Assembly: GCA_036381415.1 (NCBI GenBank)
Contig: DASVCV010000012.1
Coordinates: 10,717 to 74,716 of the forward strand
DNA: 64,000 nt
Reading direction: 5' to 3'
From: Patescibacteria group bacterium
GTDB lineage: Bacteria > Patescibacteriota > Microgenomatia > UBA8517
Shown here in pieces: positions 51,318 through 60,236 of this stretch. The translations under genes and the position numbers were made by a program. Numbering within the stretch: the first letter of the stretch is position 1; the number at the start of each line of letters is the position of its first letter. The notes under the pieces were generated by a model, which did not search any database, was not told the DNA's origin, and saw nothing but the letters and a program-made list of their open reading frames with translations.

Positions 51318-52067
51318 TTAAACTTGATATTTCCCGCTAAGTGCATTTATTCTTACCTTTATTAATCCCTTAAACCCATCCCAGGAGTCTTTAATTGGAC
51401 TCACTTCTTTTCTTAATCCCTTTTCATGCCAATCAACTGGCACTTCAGCAACTTTTAATCCTAGCTTTCTTGCAATATATAAAATCTCAAGATCAAAACC
51501 AGCATTCACTGCCGCCCCTTTAATGCGTGCCGTATCATTAAAAACTTTCATTCTCTTAAATATTTCATGAGCTTTTTCCTTCTTAAAAGCTTTAAATCCA
51601 CACTGAGTATCTTTATATGGAAGATTAAGAATTAATTTTCTTAAAATCATAAATCCGTAAGCCATTAACTTTCTTACCATTGGATAACCTTCTCTTCCAT
51701 GCCTTGATCCAATTACTCCATCATATCCACTCTCAAATTTAGGAAAGAACTTCTCAATTTCTCTCAAAGGTGTTGCCTGGTCCATATCAGAAAATAAAAT
51801 TATTTCTCCTTCTGCTTTTAACATCCCGGCAATTACAGTTCCTGCTTTTCCTCTGTGTGGTTCTTCATAGAAAGTAAAATTTTTGTGGCTTTTGGCATAG
51901 CTGGAAAGAAGAGTTGGTGTTTCATCAGTTGATCCATCATCAACCAAAAGTACATTCCAAATATATTTTTGCTTCTTTAAATACTCATTAACCTCATCCA
52001 AAACTCCATTCTGGATATTTTTAACTTCATTGTATGCTGGAATTACTACTGATAATTTGTACTTCAT
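51318..52067 (-). CDS. GT2 polyprenol-phosphate sugar synthase (Dpm1/GtrB-like)
   Basis: LSVVIPAYNEVKNI..LVDDGSTDET..FSDMDQ..DTQCGFKAFKKE, typical of dolichyl/undecaprenyl-phosphate hexosyltransferases. Confidence 0.75.
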   Translation of the reverse strand: MKYKLSVVIPAYNEVKNIQNGVLDEVNEYLKKQKYIWNVLLVDDGSTDETPTLLSSYAKSHKNFTFYEEPHRGKAGTVIAGMLKAEGEIILFSDMDQATPLREIEKFFPKFESGYDGVIGSRHGREGYPMVRKLMAYGFMILRKLILNLPYKDTQCGFKAFKKEKAHEIFKRMKVFNDTARIKGAAVNAGFDLEILYIARKLGLKVAEVPVDWHEKGLRKEVSPIKDSWDGFKGLIKVRINALSGKYQV

Positions 52068-52072
52068 ATATC

Positions 52073-53623
52073 TTATTTGTCTATATTAAATCTAACCCTT
52101 CTTTGCACACTCACCCCTCCAAATTTTACCTCTTCTTGAATACTTCCGATACCAGCTTGTCTAACCATCCAAGATTGAAGCCTTTCGGGATGGGGTGGAT
52201 CAGTCTCAAATACTGTATAAAGTAAACTAACGTGTTTATCTAGCTTCATGTTGCATAAATCCACTCCACACCTTTTAGTTGCCTGCCAAACAAATAAGTA
52301 GTTATAAGAATAAGGAATAACTGGCGGAACATAGCTATCAAAATTAAACTCCCTTCCTCCAGCATCTTTAAAAGCCCAATCAACTGCTTGAAGTTCATTA
52401 CCCATTGCAACAGTAGTAGGACCATCAACACCAGAAACTACATAATTTCTATCTAGGAGTAAATTCTGCTGGAAAAAGACAATCAAAAATAATGCTGGGA
52501 TTACAAATCTTGCCCTGCCTTGCACAAAATTCACAACCAATATTGAGAATACTAAAACAAATATAAAGTAATACCCTGTAAAGTAGTAATCATAGACATT
52601 CCCAAAATTTCCCTGGAAGAAAAACATACCAATTAAAGGAGAAACAAGTAAAAGTAAAATCACTTTAAAATATTTGTTAGCCCAAAGACTTCTCCAGTTA
52701 ATTAGAAGTGATGCAAACATAAAAGCAGTTGCAACCAATTTTCCTTTTTCACCACTTGGATTAATTTTAGACATAAATACATCCTGATAAAAAGGAACTC
52801 TAATCTTTACCATTTCCCAGAAAGAAACCTTAAAAGATTTGTCTGTAAATAAAAACTTGGCAATTGCAGTTCTTAAAATACCCTGATGAATAAGATCAAA
52901 AATAATTTGTGGGACAAATGCAAAAAAAATTAGAAAAATGCTTGCAATCATTATTTTCTTACTACCAAGATTGCGTCTTTGCCAGATTGCAAAAATAACT
53001 ACAGCAGGAAAGTAAAAAACTTCAGCTGCACTTCCAAACTGCATTGCCATACCAATTAAAAACCCAATAGCAAGCCAAGCCCACTTTTTTCCTTCCATCG
53101 CCAAAAACATACTAAAAATAAGTAACATGCTAATTAAAAGCATTGGAGTGGGATTTGATAGCCAACGGGAGGCCAAAAGTAAATAATATGATAATCCTGC
53201 AATTGCTGCAGCAAATACACCAGTTGACCTATCTGCCACTTTAGAAGCAATAATGTAAACAAATACAACAGCTACAAGTGTTGTTAACGAAAGAAAAACC
53301 GCTGGAAATCCAGGATCTCCACCACCAATTAAATAAAAAGGGGCAATTAGCCAGTAATACCAAGGTCCACGAAATATTCCAGCTATCCCAGTAGTAGGTC
53401 CAATTAAAAACATTTTTCCCTTGTGCCAGAAATCCCAAATTACCTGCGCATCTCTTCCTTGGTCATAATAGAACCCTAGAAGCTGGTCTACTCTATAAAC
53501 CCTAAAAAATAAGGCAGCAATTAAAACTATAAAAAGTAAAATATAGATAACATGATGATCTTTTACTTCTCTTTTAAATCTTCCCATCCACTCTTTTATG
53601 TTCCCTTTTATTTTCTTAATCAT
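52073..53623 (-). CDS. PMT-like GT-C membrane glycosyltransferase, subfamily B (B2)
   Basis: YDQGRDAQVIWDFWHKGKMFLIGPTTGIAGIFRGPWYYW parallels B1 and B3. Confidence 0.6.
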   Translation of the reverse strand: MIKKIKGNIKEWMGRFKREVKDHHVIYILLFIVLIAALFFRVYRVDQLLGFYYDQGRDAQVIWDFWHKGKMFLIGPTTGIAGIFRGPWYYWLIAPFYLIGGGDPGFPAVFLSLTTLVAVVFVYIIASKVADRSTGVFAAAIAGLSYYLLLASRWLSNPTPMLLISMLLIFSMFLAMEGKKWAWLAIGFLIGMAMQFGSAAEVFYFPAVVIFAIWQRRNLGSKKIMIASIFLIFFAFVPQIIFDLIHQGILRTAIAKFLFTDKSFKVSFWEMVKIRVPFYQDVFMSKINPSGEKGKLVATAFMFASLLINWRSLWANKYFKVILLLLVSPLIGMFFFQGNFGNVYDYYFTGYYFIFVLVFSILVVNFVQGRARFVIPALFLIVFFQQNLLLDRNYVVSGVDGPTTVAMGNELQAVDWAFKDAGGREFNFDSYVPPVIPYSYNYLFVWQATKRCGVDLCNMKLDKHVSLLYTVFETDPPHPERLQSWMVRQAGIGSIQEEVKFGGVSVQRRVRFNIDK

Positions 53624-54618
53624 ATTTTTCCTTCTTTCTCCTTCATAAGCTCTTTTGCAGTATCTAACACTTTCTCTACAGCTTTTTCAAATGGCAAATC
53701 TAAAATCTTTGCAGCAGCTGCCCACCTGTGTCCACCTCCACCAAGCTTTGCTGCAATTTTAGACACATCCACTCCGGTCCTAGATCTAAAACTTACATCC
53801 AATCTTTTATCTTCTCCAATCATCACAATTCCAATCTTGCTTCCAGACACACTTTGAAATATTAAATCTGCAATTTCACTTTTAGCTCCAACTGGTCTTT
53901 CATATTTTTTGTATATCTCAAACTTCGTAGCCGACCAAGCAATTCCACTCTCCTCATCTATTTTCAAATTATTTAGAACCTCAACCCAAAACTTAATTGT
54001 TAATAATTCATAACTTTGAAACAGATTTAAAATTATTGTTTCTCTATCAGCTCTTTTTGTCATTAAATCAGCAACCACTACAAAAGTACTCTCCTTAGTT
54101 TCTCTAAACCTTAACCCTCCTGTATCTCCCATCACACCTGTTAATAGTGAAGTAGAAAGATTCGCATCCATGTTTATTCCCCAACCTCTAAAAAGCCAAA
54201 ATAAAATCTCGCAGTTTGATGGAGAACTCTCATCAACCATATTAATTTTCCCAAATTTTTCATTTGTTTCATGGTGATCAATCACAATAATAGGAATTGA
54301 AGGGATGCTGACTTTTTTATTTCCAGTAACTCTTTCCCAGCTTGCAGAATCTAAAACTACAAAAAGATCCCAAGCAGTAAAATCAAACTTTTCATAGTCT
54401 ACTATCTCTATATCTTTCGTTTCTTTTAAAAAAGAAAGATTTTTAGGAATTGGACTTGGGCTTACTATTTTTGCTTCCTTTCCTAACCCCTTCACAAAAT
54501 GCAAAAACGAAACTGCACTTCCAACACTGTCTGCATCACAATTAGCATGACAATTAATAAGAACTTTTTCTGATTTTTTTACTTCATCCAAAATTTCCTG
54601 TGAGTGAGGATAATTCAT
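53620..54618 (-). CDS. nrnA: DHH-family phosphoesterase (NrnA-like nanoRNase/pAp phosphatase)
   Basis: DHH motif VIDHHETN and DHHA1 GGGGHRWAAAAK; ATGA overlap on the upstream side and an adjacent stop/start on the downstream side. Confidence 0.7.
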   Translation of the reverse strand: MNYPHSQEILDEVKKSEKVLINCHANCDADSVGSAVSFLHFVKGLGKEAKIVSPSPIPKNLSFLKETKDIEIVDYEKFDFTAWDLFVVLDSASWERVTGNKKVSIPSIPIIVIDHHETNEKFGKINMVDESSPSNCEILFWLFRGWGINMDANLSTSLLTGVMGDTGGLRFRETKESTFVVVADLMTKRADRETIILNLFQSYELLTIKFWVEVLNNLKIDEESGIAWSATKFEIYKKYERPVGAKSEIADLIFQSVSGSKIGIVMIGEDKRLDVSFRSRTGVDVSKIAAKLGGGGHRWAAAAKILDLPFEKAVEKVLDTAKELMKEKEGKI

Positions 54619-54619
54619 T

Positions 54620-56173
54620 TCACTTATTGTGGCCTAACTTATAAACAATAACTCCTGATACTTCCCATTGGTCAAGTATTTTGCTCCAGCCAAAGTTGGC
54701 AATCCATGCAGAAGGATCATGGGTTGGGTCACACTTTTCCTTAGGTTTCTCACAAACCACAAATAACTGATCAGTAACTGTGTAGGCCACTGCATTTGGG
54801 TCAGTATCTACTACCTTTGCTCCCCATACCTGGAAAAAGTACTGATACACATCTCTATTATTTCTTTCAGAAATAGTTGCAATATTAAACCTTTGTCCAT
54901 TTGCCCTATCCCTTATAAAAGCTGCAATATCTTGTGATCTTTTAAGCTGATTGTTTGGTCCAACATTCAAAGCACTATTTGAAAAATTAGCATAAGCTAA
55001 AATCAAAAACCCAATTACAAGTAATATTTTTACAATATTATTTTTATATAGCTTCTGATAAATAGCTCCAGTAAGAATAAATGGAACAGCAAAAACAAAT
55101 CCGTAATAGTGATCAAAAATATTTTGTTTATACAATCCAAATCCAAGTAGTGCAAATCCCATCCACACAATAAGAAGATAAAATGCACTCCCCAATTTTT
55201 TTCTTTTTGTAAGAACAAGAAAAGCGCAAATTCCTGTTACAATAATTGTCGTCCACTTCCCAACCTCAACATCCCTCCCTGCTATTAGTCTTGCATTTAT
55301 ATCTTCAAATCTTGGATACATCTTTGGAATTGCATTCCAGGGTTTAATTGAAACTGTATCTTGTCTTACAGTAAAGAACTGCTTTATTGCATTAAAGTTT
55401 TGCCAATTATGTCTAATATCAAAGATAAGAAGGGGAGACATCAAAATTGCAAAAGCAGCTACCCCCCAAATAGTATTCATAATTAATTTTCTTTTCTCTT
55501 TTTTATCCTTCTTGGCCTGCCAAAAAGTAAGAAGCCACAAAATTCCCATTACAGGAATAAGCGCCAGTCCTAAGTAGTGTGACTGCACAACAAATGCAAA
55601 AGAAATCCCAGCTAGAATTAAAAGTCTTAATTCTTTCTTACTCCACACTCTCCACATTAAATAAATTGAAGCCAATGCAAAAAAAGGCATGATGTTGGGG
55701 TTCCAAGAAGATCTTGAATAAATTACAACTGTAGGACTGATAGCATAAAAAAATGCTGCAAAAAAAGCTGCAATGCCTCCAAACCACTCTCTTGCTACCC
55801 ACCAAACCAAAAATATAGTTAAAACTCCAAGCAAAGCAACCATTACAGCTGGCCCAACAGGCGAGTAGTTGGCAATTAAAAGTGGAATTGCCATCATGTA
55901 GTAGTAAAGAGGACCTAAATACATATTTCCAATTGAAGTTCCAGGTCCAATTAATGGAGGATGCGCCTCTACCCAAAGACGCCTTACTATAATCACATCT
56001 CTTCCTTCATCTCCCAAAAAAGTCATGTATTGATCAATTTTGTAAAGTCTTAGAAATGCACCAACCAAAATAATTAAAACTAATAAAACTGTTTCCTTTG
56101 GGTGATCTTTAACCCATCCCTTAGTTTTTTTAAATATCTGATTTATCCTTTTACCTAATTCAATTTTTGCCAT
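54620..56173 (-). CDS. PMT-like GT-C membrane glycosyltransferase, subfamily B (B3)
   Basis: GDEGRDVIIVRRLWVEAHPPLIGPGTSIGNMYLGPLYYY; HPPL as in eukaryotic PMT loop 1. Confidence 0.6.
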   Translation of the reverse strand: MAKIELGKRINQIFKKTKGWVKDHPKETVLLVLIILVGAFLRLYKIDQYMTFLGDEGRDVIIVRRLWVEAHPPLIGPGTSIGNMYLGPLYYYMMAIPLLIANYSPVGPAVMVALLGVLTIFLVWWVAREWFGGIAAFFAAFFYAISPTVVIYSRSSWNPNIMPFFALASIYLMWRVWSKKELRLLILAGISFAFVVQSHYLGLALIPVMGILWLLTFWQAKKDKKEKRKLIMNTIWGVAAFAILMSPLLIFDIRHNWQNFNAIKQFFTVRQDTVSIKPWNAIPKMYPRFEDINARLIAGRDVEVGKWTTIIVTGICAFLVLTKRKKLGSAFYLLIVWMGFALLGFGLYKQNIFDHYYGFVFAVPFILTGAIYQKLYKNNIVKILLVIGFLILAYANFSNSALNVGPNNQLKRSQDIAAFIRDRANGQRFNIATISERNNRDVYQYFFQVWGAKVVDTDPNAVAYTVTDQLFVVCEKPKEKCDPTHDPSAWIANFGWSKILDQWEVSGVIVYKLGHNK

Positions 56174-56850
56174 AATTTGATTAAATCAGTAATACTTTTG
56201 AGAACTACTTTCATATCTGCTCCTGTCTGCTTCCCAAACTTTCTTGGATAATGATGTACTCCAACCTCAGCAAATCTGTACCCTTTTCTTTTTGCTTTAG
56301 TTAGCATCTCAATTTTAGTTACCTTTTCTTCTCCCACTAAAGGTTGAATAGAATCAAACACTTCTTTCTTTATTACCCAAAACCCACATGAATAATCTTT
56401 TATGGTAAGTCCAAAAATAACTCTTGGGAAAATTCTCCATCCCCATGTAAAAACCTTTCTCATAAATGGATCTGCTCTATGAAGTCTGTAGCCCAAAATT
56501 AAATCCGCTTTGTCTGTATACTCTAAAAACTTTGTAATTTCTCCAAAATCAAACTGTCCATCACTGTCTGCAAAAGCAACCCAGGGATATTTTGCATTTC
56601 TGTATCCTGTCTTCAATGCTCCTCCATATCCAGCATTAGCTTGGTTTACAACCTTAATTCTCTTGTCCTTTTTAGCTAAGGCTTCTGCTATTTCCCTTGT
56701 TCTATCTTTAGATCCATCATTAACAACAATAATTTCCCACTTATTTGCAACCTTCTCTAAAACCTCTTTAGCAGATGTAACTGTAGTTTTTATATTTCCC
56801 TCCTCATTGTAGGCTGGAAAAAATACTGAAAGTGAATCTATTTTTGCCAT
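56155..56850 (-). CDS. GT2 polyprenol-phosphate sugar synthase (Dpm1/GtrB-like)
   Basis: LSVFFPAYNEEGNI..VVNDGSKDRT..FADSDGQ..DYSCGFWVIKKE. Confidence 0.75.
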   Translation of the reverse strand: MAKIDSLSVFFPAYNEEGNIKTTVTSAKEVLEKVANKWEIIVVNDGSKDRTREIAEALAKKDKRIKVVNQANAGYGGALKTGYRNAKYPWVAFADSDGQFDFGEITKFLEYTDKADLILGYRLHRADPFMRKVFTWGWRIFPRVIFGLTIKDYSCGFWVIKKEVFDSIQPLVGEEKVTKIEMLTKAKRKGYRFAEVGVHHYPRKFGKQTGADMKVVLKSITDLIKLWQKLN

Positions 56851-56905
56851 TTGTCATCAAAGTCTAGCATAAAATAAGCCTAGCGTGCTAATATTTGATA
56901 GTTCC

Positions 56906-58054
56906 ATGAAAAAATTAACAAATATTGTCCCCATCCTCTTTTTAGCCATAATTCCAACTCTTTTAATCTGGCTCCCTTTCTTTTTGAGGCTAGATAATAT
57001 TGCAAATGTACCTTTAGCTAAAAATGGAATGGCTACAATTGTTGCAAACTATGATGGCCCTCTTTATTTAATTGTTGCTAAAACTCTCTATAATCTTCCT
57101 CAAATTGCTCAAAATTATCAGTTTCCACTTCCGCTTGAGTATTACGCAGCCCACTTTCCACTCTTTCCTCTTCTTATTAGGCTATTTTCTCCTGTCTTTG
57201 GATATCCCTACTCAATGCTGTTTCTTACAGTTGCCTCATCCTTCCTTGCCCTCTTCTTCTTCCACAAACTAATTTTAAAATATGTTAAACCCCATGATGC
57301 TCTTTGGATTACCCTTGTCTTTGCCCTCTTTCCAGGCAGATGGCTGGTGGTTAGATCAGTTGGCTCTCCAGAGCCCCTTTTTGTAGCTGCAATTATTGCA
57401 TCTCTTTACTACTTTACCGAAAAAAAGTATCTGTATGCAGCTTTCTGGGGAGTAGTAGCACAATTAACAAAATCCCCAGCTATTCTGTTGTTTATTGCAT
57501 ACTTAGGATCAATTGCAGCTCCCCAACTAAACAATATTATTACTGGCAAATTCAAAAAGATTAATTTAAAACCTCTTGCTATAGTTGCCATCCCCCTTTC
57601 CCTTCTTGCCGTCTTTTACTTTTTTGGTTTAAAAACAACCTTTAATGATTTTCTTGCCTACTTCCACTCAGGTGACAATATTCATCTTCTTTTTCCACCT
57701 TTCCAGATCTTTAACTATTCTGCACCTTGGGTAGGAACATTTTGGCTAGAAGAAGTACTATTTATATACCTATTTGGAGCAGCAACAGTAGCAACATTCA
57801 TTAAAAGAAAAGAATACACACTTGCATGGTTTACTGGAATATTTTTCACCTCTCTTCTTTTTGTATCGCACCGAGACTTACTAAGATATGCTCTTCCTTT
57901 AGTACCTTTTACTTTCGTAGCATTTCATAAATACTTAACTATGAAGGAATTTAAATACATTTTTGCCCTTCTTATCATCCCCACCTATTTATTTGCTCTT
58001 GCCTTCATTTCCCAAAATGTAATGCCAATTGCAAACTGGGGACCATTCCTATAA
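56906..58054 (+). CDS. Polytopic membrane protein, possible GT-C (DUF2029-like)
   Basis: About 11 TM helices; loose pattern match to 23136-24401 (LFPGRWLVVRSVGSPEPLFVAAIIAS vs LFNPVILYNSAVWGQTDPIVNLLGLVS). The track start at 56885 is GTG; the ATG is at 56906. Confidence 0.35.
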   Translation: MKKLTNIVPILFLAIIPTLLIWLPFFLRLDNIANVPLAKNGMATIVANYDGPLYLIVAKTLYNLPQIAQNYQFPLPLEYYAAHFPLFPLLIRLFSPVFGYPYSMLFLTVASSFLALFFFHKLILKYVKPHDALWITLVFALFPGRWLVVRSVGSPEPLFVAAIIASLYYFTEKKYLYAAFWGVVAQLTKSPAILLFIAYLGSIAAPQLNNIITGKFKKINLKPLAIVAIPLSLLAVFYFFGLKTTFNDFLAYFHSGDNIHLLFPPFQIFNYSAPWVGTFWLEEVLFIYLFGAATVATFIKRKEYTLAWFTGIFFTSLLFVSHRDLLRYALPLVPFTFVAFHKYLTMKEFKYIFALLIIPTYLFALAFISQNVMPIANWGPFL

Positions 58055-58093
58055 ATCTTCTAGGCTTGCAACCTCTGCTATAATTATATCTAC

Positions 58094-58522
58094 ATGAGTC
58101 CTGACAGGGGATTTTTCCATATAGCTCAAAACTGGAGAGTAAGAAACGAAAGGCTAACACTAACTGGCAAAGAATGTTCGCATTGCGGCTCTAAGATATT
58201 TCCTCCTAGGCCGATTTGTCCTACTTGTGATTATGAAGTAGAGGGAGAATTCCTTGGAATGGGAACTTTAAAAGTAGCACTTTCCCACATTAAATCTTCT
58301 AAAAGACAAATTGAATTTTGCATTTCTATTGTTAAGGATAATGTAGAAATGACTATTAATTTAAATGGTAAGTCACACACTCTTGGACTAAAAGCTGGAA
58401 TGCAGATTCCTGTCTTTGTAAGAAAATCAAGAAACGGAGGAGATCCTTATTATAGTTTTGATCTTAACCAACCAGCTTCTGAAGCCAACCAAGACCTGGG
58501 ATCTTCCAAGTCTTCCAAATAA
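58094..58522 (+). CDS. Zn-ribbon/OB-fold protein (DUF35/COG1545-like)
   Basis: CSHCGSKIFPPRPICPTCDY matches the C-x2-C..PPR..CP-x-C rubredoxin-like ribbon of DUF35; the 3' end overlaps a convergent gene by 59 nt. Confidence 0.5.
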   Translation: MSPDRGFFHIAQNWRVRNERLTLTGKECSHCGSKIFPPRPICPTCDYEVEGEFLGMGTLKVALSHIKSSKRQIEFCISIVKDNVEMTINLNGKSHTLGLKAGMQIPVFVRKSRNGGDPYYSFDLNQPASEANQDLGSSKSSK

Positions 58523-59633
58523 GAATATTGTAGGCTGCATAGTTATATGGAAGTACAAAAAATCCAACAGCAATTATAAGCATAATCTGCCTATACTGAT
58601 TCCCAAATAATTTGGTTCCTACTCCAACTACCACTGCCTGAATTAAAATTGCCCCCAATGATGTAAAGTTAAATTGCAAAAACTTGACTATTAACTTGCC
58701 AACAGAAGTAATCTTTCTTTCTGAAAATGTCCAAAAATTATTTAACGTAAAGTTTGAAATAATAGCAAGCTCAGCTCCAAGTGCTGCTGCAATTGCAGTT
58801 GCAAGTCCCAATCTATAAAAAACTTCTAAACCGCCTGCATTAATTAAATATCCAATAAAACCTACTGTTGCAAACTTGAAAAATCTAAGTATTTTTGGAT
58901 TATGTATTTGGAAAAGAAAAATGACTTTAAGGCTTTCAATCATTTCATTTTTAATAATCTTAGATTCCCCAGCTGTCCTTGCCATAAAAGTAATTGGAAC
59001 CTCAGCTACCTTAGCACCATTATTAAGGCATGCTGCCAAAATATGTAGTTTATATGCAAAACTGTTTGAGTAAAGGTGATCCAAATCAACTTTATCTAAA
59101 ACTCCCTTTACCTTAGTTAATTTAAAACCAGTTGTAAGATCATGAACACCAAATCTTAAAAGTCCTACTCTTGCAATTAAATTTCCCACAACACTTAAAA
59201 ACTTTCTGTTAAATCCCCACTCCTTTGGAATTGACCCGCCTGGTATGTATCTTGATCCAATAATATATTCATAACCTTCGTCAATTTTCTCAACTAGTCT
59301 GTGCATCTCATCAGGCCTGTGTTGAAAATCTCCATCAAATTCCATCACATAGTCAGCATTCATTTCTTTCATGGCATATTTAAATCCTTTAGCATATGCC
59401 TTCCCTAATCCTTCTTTTTTAGGATTTAGAAGAAGATGCACCCATTTATATTTCTTTGCATAGTCTCTTACTACCTCATATGTTTTATCAGGTGAAGTAT
59501 CATCAACTACCAACAATTCCATTTTATGAGACAAAGACTTTTCTATCTTTGGAAACTCATCAGCCAAAGCTTCAATCATTTTGGAGATATTATCCCTCTC
59601 ATTATAAGTAGGGATTACAACGACAACTTTCAT
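58464..59633 (-). CDS. GT2 polyprenol-phosphate sugar synthase fused to a C-terminal GtrA-like 4-TM domain
   Basis: VVVIPTYNERDNI..VVDDTSPDKT..EFDGDFQ..TTGFKLTK, then FFKFATVGFIGYLINAGGLEVF (GtrA-like). The track start at 59654 is GTG; the ATG is at 59633. Confidence 0.75.
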   Translation of the reverse strand: MKVVVVIPTYNERDNISKMIEALADEFPKIEKSLSHKMELLVVDDTSPDKTYEVVRDYAKKYKWVHLLLNPKKEGLGKAYAKGFKYAMKEMNADYVMEFDGDFQHRPDEMHRLVEKIDEGYEYIIGSRYIPGGSIPKEWGFNRKFLSVVGNLIARVGLLRFGVHDLTTGFKLTKVKGVLDKVDLDHLYSNSFAYKLHILAACLNNGAKVAEVPITFMARTAGESKIIKNEMIESLKVIFLFQIHNPKILRFFKFATVGFIGYLINAGGLEVFYRLGLATAIAAALGAELAIISNFTLNNFWTFSERKITSVGKLIVKFLQFNFTSLGAILIQAVVVGVGTKLFGNQYRQIMLIIAVGFFVLPYNYAAYNILIWKTWKIPGLGWLQKLVG

Positions 59634-59634
59634 T

Positions 59635-60195
59635 TTATTGTTGATTAGCAGCACTCATTAAGAAGGTGGGCAATAAAGCTACAAATGCAAATGCAAGGAT
59701 AATAGACAAAAGAGTAATTATCACTGCAGGAACTGCAAAAACAAGAATTGATTTCTTCATACTAAATTTATGCATCACAGTTCCCCCGATTACAAAAATA
59801 ACTAACGCATAAATAGATCCAGCAAGAGGACCTATGATTGGAATAAAATTAAGTAATGGCTTAGGAGTATTTGAATACACATATAACTGATATGTGTTCA
59901 CAAAGGTTCCTGTACCTCCAAAGATCTTTGCCCAAACATGAATAATTGCAATTACTATAAAAATAAGTAGAAGTGTAAGTATATAAACTACAACTAAGGC
60001 AGGAATATTTAAACCCTTGCCTCCCTGAAGAACAACTGCTGCCAAAGTTTGCAATATTGTGCCAACCAAAGATAAAACTGCATAATAGATAAATGCATCC
60101 TTAATACCGTCTTCCTTCTTTGCTCCCTCAAAAAATATCTTTGGCTTTGTAAGAACCAATTTTGCTTTTTTTACAATTTCTTTCACAAATTCCAT
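59635..60195 (-). CDS. Small polytopic membrane protein (Yip1-domain-like)
   Basis: 186 aa; a cytosolic N-terminus followed by about 5 TM helices. Confidence 0.4.
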   Translation of the reverse strand: MEFVKEIVKKAKLVLTKPKIFFEGAKKEDGIKDAFIYYAVLSLVGTILQTLAAVVLQGGKGLNIPALVVVYILTLLLIFIVIAIIHVWAKIFGGTGTFVNTYQLYVYSNTPKPLLNFIPIIGPLAGSIYALVIFVIGGTVMHKFSMKKSILVFAVPAVIITLLSIILAFAFVALLPTFLMSAANQQ

Positions 60196-60236
60196 ATCTT
60201 AGAATATAATAACACTAGCGTATAAGAAATCAAACT

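Noticed and set aside
56885-56905. The GTG/TTG-initiated N-terminal extensions proposed by the ORF track (56885, 40227, 17228, 11287, 12156, 8950, 43741, 59654).
   Set aside because: In each case an ATG a few codons downstream gives a canonical N-terminus and a tidier 1-4 nt junction with the upstream gene. I therefore trimmed to the ATG but kept GTG where no ATG alternative exists (18669, 20291, 41979, 45188).
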